Of a stretch of 64,000 nucleotides of DNA, positions 20,544-29,443 are shown piece by piece. Every line of letters begins with the position of its first letter. Position 1 is the stretch's first letter. This stretch comes from Limnothrix sp. BL-A-16 (GTDB lineage Bacteria > Cyanobacteriota > Cyanobacteriia > CACIAM-69d). The translations under genes and the position numbers were made by a program. Where the stretch lies: contig CP166615.1 of NCBI GenBank assembly GCA_041937175.2, positions 1,344,001 to 1,408,000 on the forward strand, written 5' to 3'. The notes under the pieces were generated by a model. The model saw only the letters and a list, made by a program, of their open reading frames with translations, was not told the DNA's origin and searched no databases.

Positions 20544-21446
20544 TCAAATCGGGATTTCCTCGATCGCATCCCACAGGCGATCGAGCGGTTCCGTCAACGT
20601 CCAAGGCAAAGCCGCCACGGCCGATTCCGCCACCGAGGTCGATCGGCCGCAACGGCTGGCAAAGGCACACGATCGACAGGCGGGGCTGTGGGCCGGCAAT
20701 TGCGGCAGCGCCTGCCCCCCGTGGTAGGCGGTAATTGACGAGTCGATCGCCTGGGACATCTCCAGCAATTGCGCCCGAGTTGCTTGATGCCAATCTGCGC
20801 TGTATGCAAACGTTTCGCAAGCCAACTCTGGCCCGTTGGCAGCGGTTGAAGCGGCCGGTGATCGCACAAACCAGTAGCTCATGGTCAGGCGATCGGGCGG
20901 TAAATGGCTCGTTTCCGCCAACACAAAAAGATACAAACGGGTTTGCCAATCCTCTTGCAACCGATCGCGCGACAGGGGTTGGGCGTGAGTTTTCCAGTCA
21001 AAAATCTGCGCTTCCGTGGGCCGCGTCGCCAACAGGTCATACACCACAGTGAGCAAGTGATCACCCATTACCCAAGTGCGGCGATGTTCCGCATCCAGTT
21101 CCCAATCGCTGGCTCCCGATTGATCCCACCACTGGCGCAATCCAGCCCAAGTGCGATCGACCGCTTGATGGAGCGCTTGGGCTTCCGCATCCTCTCCTGC
21201 CTGCAAAACCAAGGACATCTCGGCCGCCGATTCAGCCCCCAATTCAGTGAGCTTGCATTCCGCTCCACGGTTCTGAATGGATTGTTGCATCAACCAATGG
21301 AACCGACTTCCCCAAACCATTCGTTCCTGTTGGTGGGGATTGGCCGGCAACAGTAAGCAATCCAAATAAAGATGTTGAAACTGTCGCGGACAGGTCATCC
21401 AAGCATTCAAAACCCCTTGGGACAAATGCTGCATCATGCAAGGCAA
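20544..21446 (-). CDS. PD-(D/E)XK nuclease family protein (RecB-like)
   Basis: LSQG.LN...CPRQF, YDLL, IFDWKT, WQTRLY and a C-terminal CxxC...C. Confidence 0.85.
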   Translation of the reverse strand: MPCMMQHLSQGVLNAWMTCPRQFQHLYLDCLLLPANPHQQERMVWGSRFHWLMQQSIQNRGAECKLTELGAESAAEMSLVLQAGEDAEAQALHQAVDRTWAGLRQWWDQSGASDWELDAEHRRTWVMGDHLLTVVYDLLATRPTEAQIFDWKTHAQPLSRDRLQEDWQTRLYLFVLAETSHLPPDRLTMSYWFVRSPAASTAANGPELACETFAYSADWHQATRAQLLEMSQAIDSSITAYHGGQALPQLPAHSPACRSCAFASRCGRSTSVAESAVAALPWTLTEPLDRLWDAIEEIPI

Positions 21447-21464
21447 TATGGCTATCCAAAGCCA

Positions 21465-22070
21465 TTAAAAATCAAGTTCTTGAAATAATTCAGCGATCGG
21501 GAGGCTGAAACCTGGAATGATCGCTTCACCATCGAGGCGATCGGCTGTTTTGAGCAGGCGATCGGGTTCTTGGGGCGATCGATAAACCAAAATATAGCGC
21601 TGCTTTGGATTAATCACCCACATTAACCTTGTGCCGTTAGCAAAATATTCCGTGATTTTCCCGTCAATTTCTTCGACGGTGTTTCCTGGCGATAATCCTG
21701 GCAATAATACTTCTACGGCTAAGTCGGGTGCGCCTTCGAGAAATCCGGTGGGAAGGGTGGTGAATCCTTGAAGTCGGTTTTTGGCAAAAAAGGCTAAATC
21801 AGGCGATCGGGTGTTGCCATTTTGCATCTTGAAGCCAGTACTGGAATCAAACAGCAATCCCGGTTTTTGGCTCCGAATATAACTCCCCAATAAAATGATC
21901 AAGGTGCTGCAAATATAGCCATGTAAAGCACCGGAGTTTCCCAGATCAATGAGTTGATGATTGACGATTTCGTAGCGATGGCCGTCGTTGGGCAGCGCCA
22001 TGAAGGCGGCATCTGTCCAAGGAGATGAGGCGGAGGATTCGGGGGTGGGTCGCGGTTGCGTGAGGGTCAT
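21465..22070 (-). CDS. Uma2 family endonuclease
   Basis: RYEIV, RSPDLAF, APDLAVEV and YFANGTRLMWVINP; likely start ATG 22070. Confidence 0.9.
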   Translation of the reverse strand: MTLTQPRPTPESSASSPWTDAAFMALPNDGHRYEIVNHQLIDLGNSGALHGYICSTLIILLGSYIRSQKPGLLFDSSTGFKMQNGNTRSPDLAFFAKNRLQGFTTLPTGFLEGAPDLAVEVLLPGLSPGNTVEEIDGKITEYFANGTRLMWVINPKQRYILVYRSPQEPDRLLKTADRLDGEAIIPGFSLPIAELFQELDF

Positions 22071-22216
22071 GGCTGGCCTCGGGCGATCGCCTGGGAATAG
22101 ACCGATTATAGCGATCGCCCCTGGGCTGACCCAGAGCGGTTGACAGGGCATAATCGAGGGGATGCAGTCGCGGACAATGGCAAGCGAGATGACGCTGAAC
22201 CCCGGAGATCGGTTAA

Positions 22217-22780
22217 ATGGCGATCGCTACAAAATGGCTATTGGGTTGCATGATTTCGTACACCATTATTGGCATTGGTGTTAGCGCCTCAGCGACCCAA
22301 CTAACATGGCTTGGGTGGTTGGCTTTTGTAGCAGTTATGGCCTGGGCTGGGGCTTGGTCTTGGGCTGGATCTGTGACGGGAACGAAGGTGGTTGGCGATG
22401 TGTTCGGCCATCTATTTAGGCTTGCAGCCAGATTCTCGCCGAGTCTTACATTTGTTCCTAACGATCGAACCTCGAAAGCTGTATACGACATCTTGATGGC
22501 GGCTTTGATGCTGGCTGTGGGTGCAGTAGCCGTTGCCTGGACGATCGCTGGGGCTGGGGTGGTGCTATGGCGCGGATCGTGGGAGTTAGTGAGTGGTTAT
22601 GGATTGCTGTTCGCAGTGCTGTGGTGGGGGAGTTGGCCCCTAAGCTTGGGTATGCTCCCGGGATTCGCGGCTGATGACCTGGGAGGCCGCAAAGCATTGA
22701 CGGTTGTTTGGCTAACGTTGGCGGCTGTGGTTGGCTTGGCGATCGGGTGGTTGATTTATCGTGCTGTGCATCCTACCTAG
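22217..22780 (+). CDS. Hypothetical polytopic membrane protein
   Basis: Several A/W/G-rich hydrophobic segments. Confidence 0.6.
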   Translation: MAIATKWLLGCMISYTIIGIGVSASATQLTWLGWLAFVAVMAWAGAWSWAGSVTGTKVVGDVFGHLFRLAARFSPSLTFVPNDRTSKAVYDILMAALMLAVGAVAVAWTIAGAGVVLWRGSWELVSGYGLLFAVLWWGSWPLSLGMLPGFAADDLGGRKALTVVWLTLAAVVGLAIGWLIYRAVHPT

Positions 22781-22945
22781 CCCATTTTGATTGCGGATTC
22801 GCCGTCATTCCGGTAACAATCATTTGCAAGTCATCCAGATTTGGTGTTTATTGGATCGGCTGGTCATCGATCAACGCAACATGTAGCGTTGATCGATGAC
22901 CAGCGGCCTTTCGTGTCGTCTCAACTGTTGTTCACAGCCAATCCC

Positions 22946-25900
22946 ATGGTGCAAGAACTGAACCGCGCTCAGCAGCAACCCGTCGATTTCCCTGACCACG
23001 CCCCCACCGCCTACCCGGTGTTTTACCGCACCTACAGCCGTCGGATGGACGGGGAGCGGGAATCGTGGCAGCAAACGACCGATCGCACCCTGCGCGGCTT
23101 GGTCAAGTTGGGCAATCTTTCCGATCAGGAAGCGAGCCTGCTCGATCGAATGCAGAAGCGGATTGTGGCGCTGCCGTCGGGGCGTTGGCTGTGGGTTGGG
23201 GGCACGGACTGGCTCGAAAACCCGCAAAACTTTTCAGGAGCCTACAACTGCACCAGCACCAATGTCATCGACTGGAAAGCCTTCGGGCTGATGATGGACT
23301 TGGCAATGATGGGCTGTGGCACGGGCGGCGTGCTGGAACCGCGCTACATTGAACAACTCCCGCCAGTGCGCAACTCAATCACCGTGACGGTGACGGGCGA
23401 GCTGGGTACGGTTCCGGTGGGTCAACGCTTGCAGGAAACAACGGTGGATATCGTTGGCAACGCGGTGCGTGTGGTGGTGGGCGACAGTCGCCAGGGCTGG
23501 GTGAAGTCTTACCAAACCTTGCTGGATCTGTGCAGCGATGAGCGCTTTGATGGCGAAGTGCAAGTGGCGATCGACCTCAGCAACGTGCGGCCGGCTGGGG
23601 AAACGCTCCGGGGCTTCGGTGGTGTGGCTAACCCGATCAAGCTGCCGGAACTCTACGATCGGGTGACTCGCATCTTGAACCGGGCGATCGGTCGGCAACT
23701 CACCTCGGTGGAATGCTGCTTACTTATCGACGAAGCGGCTGTCACAATTGTAGCCGGAAATATTCGCCGCAGTGCCGGAATCCGCCAATTTGACAGTAAC
23801 GACGAGCTGGGAGCGACTGCCAAAGACAATTTGTGGCAGCAAGATGAGTCTGGTAATTGGCGAATTGATCCCGATCGCGACTCCCTGCGGATGGCGAATC
23901 ACTCGCGAGTTTTTCATCACAAACCCACGGAAACGGAGTGCATTGACGCAGTTCGCAAGCAGTTCTATTCCGGCGAAGGTGCAATTCAATGGGCTGGCGA
24001 AGCGATCGCCCGCAGCAATGCCGATTTGATTTCTGGAACCGATGAAAAGAAAGCGTTTATTGCTGCTTTTCAGGAACAGAAGGGCGCAGAGTGGCTGAAA
24101 GCAAAGTCACCAGAAATTGATGAGCGAGAATCTGCCCATCGTCTGCAACGCTATGGCTTGAATCCTTGCATCACGGCTGATACCTGGGTACATACAGAAT
24201 TTGGCCCGCGCCAGGTCAAGGAGCTGATTGGTCAACAGCATGGAACCTATGTCAATGGCGAGCTTTTCAGCACGACGGCAGAAGGCTTTTTCTACACAGG
24301 CGATAAACCAGTCTTCAAAGTAACCACTCGCGAAGGGTTGTCGCTGCGACTGACTGCAAACCACCAACTCTTGCGCGTGAGTGCTCAAACTCAAAAACGG
24401 CAGTATTTGGAATGGACTGCTGTTGAAGATTTGCAACCGGGCGATCGCCTCTCTATTCATAATCACCGTGACATTCAACCCTGGTCGGGTCACGGGACTT
24501 CTGATGAAGGCTGGTTGCTCGGAAACCTGGTTGGCGATGGCTCCCTCGCAGAAACAAGCTGGAGCGATCAAGGAATTCTGCGTTTTTGGGGTGATTCGCA
24601 ACAGGAAATGGCTGAGTATGCTGTGGCAACGCTCCAGAAAACGGTTGCCTGTGGCGCGAACTTGGCTGGTTCCTATCATCCCCATCATCACCTACATCAA
24701 ATTGCTTCGAGTGGCTTGGCGGCCCTAGCCGATCGCTTTGGAATTCATCGACGCGAAAAATGGGTGACGGGTGAAATTGAGCGATCGAGCTATGAGTTTC
24801 ACTGCGGTTTCTTGCGGGGACTATTTGATGCTGATGGCAGTGTTCAAGGCACTCAGCAAAAAGGCATTAGCGTCCGCTTAGCCCAAAGTAACTTGGCAAC
24901 CCTAGAAGCCGTTCAGCGGATGTTGCTGCGGATTGGCATTGTTTCAACGATCTATCAAAATCGTCGGCCAGCCGGTGTCCGTTTGATGCCCGATTCTGAT
25001 CGCAACTTGGCTCCTTACTTCTGCCAAGCGCAACATGAATTGGTGATTGCCAATGACAACCTCACGGAGTTTCGTGATCGGGTCGGCTTCCGGCAACCAG
25101 AGAAACAAGCCAAGCTCAACGAGCTATTAAGTCACTACAAGCGCAAGCTGAATCGCGATCGCTTCAGTGTCACGATCGCTGAAATCGCACCTGACGGAAT
25201 TGAAGCAGTTTATGACTGTACAGTTCCTGGCCCATCACGATTTGATGCGAATGGCTTCGTGGCTCACAACTGTGGTGAAATCCTAGGCGCTGATTTCCAC
25301 TGTGTTGCCGGGAATACGCTGCTGATTACCCGGGATGGACTGCATGAAATTCAGTCCTTGGTGGGGCAATCCGTGGAAGTTTGGAATGGACGGCGCTGGA
25401 GTTCTGTCACGCCGATTTTAACCGGCCGCGATCGGGCGCTCTTCCGCGTGAATTTTGCCGATGGCACGCATTTGGATGTGACGGAAGGCCACCGATTCTT
25501 TGTCAAAGATCGCTTTGGCAAAGACTATCAAGAACGGACGACGGCCGAATTGATTGACCAGTTGCCGAATCTGAAATATGCCCTCCATACGGAACCTTTC
25601 CAAATTGACCATCGGGATGGTGAGGCGATCGATCCAATTTGGGCCTACACCCTCGGGCAATTGGTTGGGGATGGTTCTCTGTGCCAATCCCATGGCAAGC
25701 CCCAACTGCAACTGCGGCTCTATGGAGTCAAGAGCTACCAGAAGGAATTGGCGATCGCGGGTCGCACATCGGGTCAACCTCGGTTCTATGCGGAAAACCC
25801 CGACACCCCCTGCTTGCTCTACACCGGCTTTGATCGAGAATTTGATCCGGAGCAGGTGCGGAACCTGAAGCAGACCGCTGAACCCTTTGAGGCGATCGCC

Positions 25901-27355
25901 CGCTGGAATCGTGAGGCCATTCTGCACTTCATTGCAGGTTTGATTGATGCGGATGGTTCCCTAACGGCGACCGGTGGCGTTCGCCTCTACCTCTCGGGCT
26001 ACGATCGCGCCTATCGGATCTATCTGTTGTTGCTGAAATGCGGCATTCGCTCTTCCATCAACCTGATGGCCCGGGCGGAAGAAACGACTAACCTAGGTGT
26101 TCGTCAGAAAGATTTGTGGTATTTGCAAATCACCGACTGTGCCGCCATTCCTTGCCAGCGAGTAGATACCAGCCGTGGTCATCAACCGGCCGCTAAGGGG
26201 AAATGGCAGGTGATTCGCTCGATCGAACCGTTGGATGGTCGCCACGACACCTTCTGTTTCAATGAGCCAGAGTTCCACAAGGGCGTTTTTGGTGGCACTT
26301 TGACCGGCCAGTGCAACCTGAGCGAAATTCACCTCAATCAAATCGATCCGAAAGATTACAAAACTCAAGAGGATGCCTTCAAAGCCGGTGCTCTATCGGT
26401 TGCTGGGTTGCTGAATCATTGCTTCCAAGAAGAGCGCTACCAATACAGCCGATCGATTGACCCGATCGTGGGTGTTTCCTTCACCGGTTTGTTCGATTTC
26501 TTTGTGCAAGCCTTTGGGGTCGATTGGTTGCGCTGGTGGGAAGCGGGTCGCCCGGACAGCGTGCAAGGTTTGGAATTTAAAGACCAGGAGCGGCAATACC
26601 TCAGCCGTTGGCGGGAAATTGTCCATCAAACGGTTTGGGATTACTGCGATCGCCATGGTCTGCGCCGGCCCAATCGCTGCACGACGGTGCAACCCTCGGG
26701 CACAAAATCGCTGTTGACGGGGGCTTCACCCGGTTGGCACCCACCCAAGGCTGCGCGGTTCATTCGGCGGATCACGTTCCGCAAAAACGACCCGGTGGCG
26801 TTGGCTTGTCTGGACTATGGCTACAGTATTGTGCCGTCCCAGTCCGATAAGGATGAAAATGGCAATTTGCTGAATGATCCGTTTGATCCGCGCTGCACTG
26901 AGTGGCTGGTGGAAATTCCGGTGGCGGTGTCTTGGGCGGACTTGCCGGGGGCGGACACGATCGCGATCGAGCAGTTCAGCGCTCTGGCTCAGTTTGACTT
27001 CTACATGCAGGTGCAAACCCACTACACCACCCACAACACCAGCGCCACGATCGAGCTGCGGGAACCGGAAATCGAACTCCTGGGCCGGCGGATCTATCAG
27101 GCCATCCAAAACGACGAGGGCTACATCTCAGCGGCCCTGTTGGCCCGGTTTGACGATCTGCAAACCTTCCCCCGGTTGCCCTTTGAGCCAATTTCGCGGG
27201 AAACCTATCAGGAAATGTACGATGCGGCGCTCCAGCGGCGGCGGATCAGCAGTTTCCACGAGGCCCTGCGGCGCTATGACAAGGGCGAAATGGCGGAAGC
27301 GGGCCCGGCGGGCTGCGATTCGGACAAGTGCCTGCTGCCAGAAACGAAGGGCTAG
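22946..27355 (+). CDS. nrdJ: Class II (B12-dependent) ribonucleotide reductase containing two inteins
   Basis: PVFYRTYSR, PSGRWLWVGG, YNCTS, GNIRRSA, NP|CGE, CNLSE, TTVQPSGT and C-terminal CDSDKC; predicted 764 aa after splicing. Confidence 0.95.
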   Translation: MVQELNRAQQQPVDFPDHAPTAYPVFYRTYSRRMDGERESWQQTTDRTLRGLVKLGNLSDQEASLLDRMQKRIVALPSGRWLWVGGTDWLENPQNFSGAYNCTSTNVIDWKAFGLMMDLAMMGCGTGGVLEPRYIEQLPPVRNSITVTVTGELGTVPVGQRLQETTVDIVGNAVRVVVGDSRQGWVKSYQTLLDLCSDERFDGEVQVAIDLSNVRPAGETLRGFGGVANPIKLPELYDRVTRILNRAIGRQLTSVECCLLIDEAAVTIVAGNIRRSAGIRQFDSNDELGATAKDNLWQQDESGNWRIDPDRDSLRMANHSRVFHHKPTETECIDAVRKQFYSGEGAIQWAGEAIARSNADLISGTDEKKAFIAAFQEQKGAEWLKAKSPEIDERESAHRLQRYGLNPCITADTWVHTEFGPRQVKELIGQQHGTYVNGELFSTTAEGFFYTGDKPVFKVTTREGLSLRLTANHQLLRVSAQTQKRQYLEWTAVEDLQPGDRLSIHNHRDIQPWSGHGTSDEGWLLGNLVGDGSLAETSWSDQGILRFWGDSQQEMAEYAVATLQKTVACGANLAGSYHPHHHLHQIASSGLAALADRFGIHRREKWVTGEIERSSYEFHCGFLRGLFDADGSVQGTQQKGISVRLAQSNLATLEAVQRMLLRIGIVSTIYQNRRPAGVRLMPDSDRNLAPYFCQAQHELVIANDNLTEFRDRVGFRQPEKQAKLNELLSHYKRKLNRDRFSVTIAEIAPDGIEAVYDCTVPGPSRFDANGFVAHNCGEILGADFHCVAGNTLLITRDGLHEIQSLVGQSVEVWNGRRWSSVTPILTGRDRALFRVNFADGTHLDVTEGHRFFVKDRFGKDYQERTTAELIDQLPNLKYALHTEPFQIDHRDGEAIDPIWAYTLGQLVGDGSLCQSHGKPQLQLRLYGVKSYQKELAIAGRTSGQPRFYAENPDTPCLLYTGFDREFDPEQVRNLKQTAEPFEAIARWNREAILHFIAGLIDADGSLTATGGVRLYLSGYDRAYRIYLLLLKCGIRSSINLMARAEETTNLGVRQKDLWYLQITDCAAIPCQRVDTSRGHQPAAKGKWQVIRSIEPLDGRHDTFCFNEPEFHKGVFGGTLTGQCNLSEIHLNQIDPKDYKTQEDAFKAGALSVAGLLNHCFQEERYQYSRSIDPIVGVSFTGLFDFFVQAFGVDWLRWWEAGRPDSVQGLEFKDQERQYLSRWREIVHQTVWDYCDRHGLRRPNRCTTVQPSGTKSLLTGASPGWHPPKAARFIRRITFRKNDPVALACLDYGYSIVPSQSDKDENGNLLNDPFDPRCTEWLVEIPVAVSWADLPGADTIAIEQFSALAQFDFYMQVQTHYTTHNTSATIELREPEIELLGRRIYQAIQNDEGYISAALLARFDDLQTFPRLPFEPISRETYQEMYDAALQRRRISSFHEALRRYDKGEMAEAGPAGCDSDKCLLPETKG
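24167..25270 (+). mobile_element. Intein 1 with LAGLIDADG homing endonuclease (368 aa)
   Basis: Starts CITADTWV; block B LTANH; LGNLVGDGS and FLRGLFDADGS; ends VYDCTV...FVAHN|C. Confidence 0.95.
25301..26311 (+). mobile_element. Intein 2 with LAGLIDADG endonuclease and C-terminal Gln (337 aa)
   Basis: Starts CVAGNTLLITRDG; block B VTEGH; LGQLVGDGS and FIAGLIDADGS; ends DTFCFNEPEFHKGVFGGTLTGQ|C. Confidence 0.92.
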
Positions 27356-27468
27356 GGCCGGGGGCGATCGCACCGGTTGAGGCTGGGGCCTATCATGATC
27401 AGCCCAAATGGCTGATTTTCAGCGCCCCGGCCATCCTAGACTAAAATCTGTCTTGGGTTGGTTTTGGG

Positions 27469-29235
27469 GTGATTTTGAGTTCGATCATTGCGAAATGGCG
27501 CGATCGGTTGTGCCACACACCGAATGCTGCTGAGTTCTATCAGCAATTAGCGATGGATTTGTGGGCCGCCGGTCAACTGGCCGCAGCCGATCGCGCCTTG
27601 GCCCAAGCACTGAAATTAGCTCCCGATCGCGCCAGTTTTTGGGTGCAGCGATCAGCCCTGGCCCACCAATTGGGAAACATTCAACGAGCTGCAACCGATC
27701 AGTGGCGGGCCCTGGAACTTGACCCGCAATTGGTGAGCAGTCGTGACCATTTGCAATTGGGCAATCAACTGGCCCAGCAGGGAAAATTAGCCCAAGCACG
27801 ACAATGCTATGAGTGGGCGATCGCCCAAGATCACCAATGCTGGGAAGCCTATTTCAACTGCGGTTGGATTGCCCAAAAAAGCCAGGATTTTGCGGCAGAA
27901 GTTCAAGCCTATCAACGGGCGATCGCTCAGGGTTGTCCCGATGCAAGACTGCCCGATCGCTTAGCCCAAGCCTGGGCCCGACTCGGCAAAGCGGCCTATC
28001 TCGATCGAGCCTATAAACCATCAATTCAGGCCTATCAAAATGCCCTGAGCCTGAATTCCCAACAAGCCAGCTACTGGAGTGATTTGGGTTGTGCCTTAAC
28101 CGCAGTGGGGCAATGGTCTGAGGCAGAAACAGCGCACCAAAAAGCAATTGCTCTCGATCCTCAAGCTGCCAATTATTATTACAATCTAGGAAATTTTTAT
28201 TGGAAAAAGGCTGATTATTTGCAAGCAATTTCAGCCTTTCAGGATGCGATTCAATGCAATCTTCACGATGCCAAAAGTCATTGGAATCTAAGTCATATTC
28301 TCTTGGCGCTGGGACGACTCACCGAAGGATTTCGCGAATATGAGTGGCGCTGGACAACGGTGCAACCACCGCCGGAATTATCCCATCCCCAATGGCAAGG
28401 AGAATCACTACATGGCCGCACCATTCTCTTGCAAGCAGAACAAGGGTTAGGAGATTCTTTGCAATTCATTCGCTATGCGGATTTGTTAGCAAGCTGGGGA
28501 GCAAGCGTTTGGTTTAGTGGCCCTGCCGTTTTGCATCGGCTTTTTGCCCAATTGCCCGCCATCGATCGGGTTTTGCCTGTATTGGAACCAGGACAAACTA
28601 TTCCCGGTGTAGACTATCGATCGCCCCTCTTGAGTTTGCCCCACCAATGCAAGACCGATTGGGCAACAATTCCCAACCAAATTCCCTACCTAACCGTTGA
28701 TCCTGCCTGGCCACTGCCGCCACCTTTCAAGGAATTACCCGCAAAACCCAAAAAGATTGGCATCGTTTGGGCGAGTGGCTATCGAATGGAAGATGAACTG
28801 CATGATATCTATCTGGATAAGTCCCTACCTTGCGAACTTTTGCTGAAGGCTTTGCAGGAATTTCCAGTGATGCTTTATAGCTTACAAGTTGGAAAAAATG
28901 CCCAAGACTATCAACCCTTGATGGGTCAATTTCCAAATCTCAATTTAGTGGATTGTAGCCCTTGGATTCAGGACTTTGCGGATACGGCGGCCATTTGTCA
29001 GCAGCTCGATTTGTTGATCTCGGTGGACACTTCGGTGGTGCATTTAGCAGGTGGGTTGGGCAAGCCCACTTGGGTGTTGTTGCCGGCCCGCTGTGATTGG
29101 CGGTGGCTGCTCGATCGCCCCGATTCTCCTTGGTATCCCACCATGCGGCTATTTCGACAAGCGAAGCCGGGCGATTGGTCAGAACCCTTGCAACAGGTGC
29201 GATCGGCCCTGAGCAATTGGCTCACCACATCCTAA
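27469..29235 (+). CDS. TPR-repeat protein with C-terminal glycosyltransferase (GT9-like) domain
   Basis: TPRs, then EQGLGDSLQFIRY, DLLISVDTSVVHLAGGLG and SPWYPTMRLFRQ. Confidence 0.9.
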   Translation: MILSSIIAKWRDRLCHTPNAAEFYQQLAMDLWAAGQLAAADRALAQALKLAPDRASFWVQRSALAHQLGNIQRAATDQWRALELDPQLVSSRDHLQLGNQLAQQGKLAQARQCYEWAIAQDHQCWEAYFNCGWIAQKSQDFAAEVQAYQRAIAQGCPDARLPDRLAQAWARLGKAAYLDRAYKPSIQAYQNALSLNSQQASYWSDLGCALTAVGQWSEAETAHQKAIALDPQAANYYYNLGNFYWKKADYLQAISAFQDAIQCNLHDAKSHWNLSHILLALGRLTEGFREYEWRWTTVQPPPELSHPQWQGESLHGRTILLQAEQGLGDSLQFIRYADLLASWGASVWFSGPAVLHRLFAQLPAIDRVLPVLEPGQTIPGVDYRSPLLSLPHQCKTDWATIPNQIPYLTVDPAWPLPPPFKELPAKPKKIGIVWASGYRMEDELHDIYLDKSLPCELLLKALQEFPVMLYSLQVGKNAQDYQPLMGQFPNLNLVDCSPWIQDFADTAAICQQLDLLISVDTSVVHLAGGLGKPTWVLLPARCDWRWLLDRPDSPWYPTMRLFRQAKPGDWSEPLQQVRSALSNWLTTS

Positions 29236-29302
29236 TAGCGCGGATGCCTTAATTCACTGGATCAAATTACATGACTATTACCGTCACCTGATCGTTAAGC
29301 AG

Positions 29303-29322
29303 CAAGGGGCTTAAGCCCCTTG
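29303..29322. repeat. REP-like palindrome CAAGGGGCTTAAGCCCCTTG
   Basis: Perfect palindrome; related copies near 31184, 31260, 36926, 40264, 41470, 47014, 47101 and 53019. Confidence 0.85.
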
Positions 29323-29443
29323 TTACCACGACTGACTCCGCAACTTTGACCCAATGCATTAAGCCTGTCACACTACTGGATTCTGATTATGGTGATCGCC
29401 TTGAGTTAAAGATTAAGTCAAAGAGTGGAGACGAAATTACAGG

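Noticed and set aside
20544..22780. PD-(D/E)XK nuclease + Uma2 + membrane protein as a defence system
   Set aside because: Both nuclease families are common stand-alone cyanobacterial genes with host-like composition; no partner ATPase or methylase; the membrane gene is divergent.
22781..22945. Cobalamin riboswitch upstream of B12-dependent nrdJ
   Set aside because: No recognisable B12-box in the short leader.
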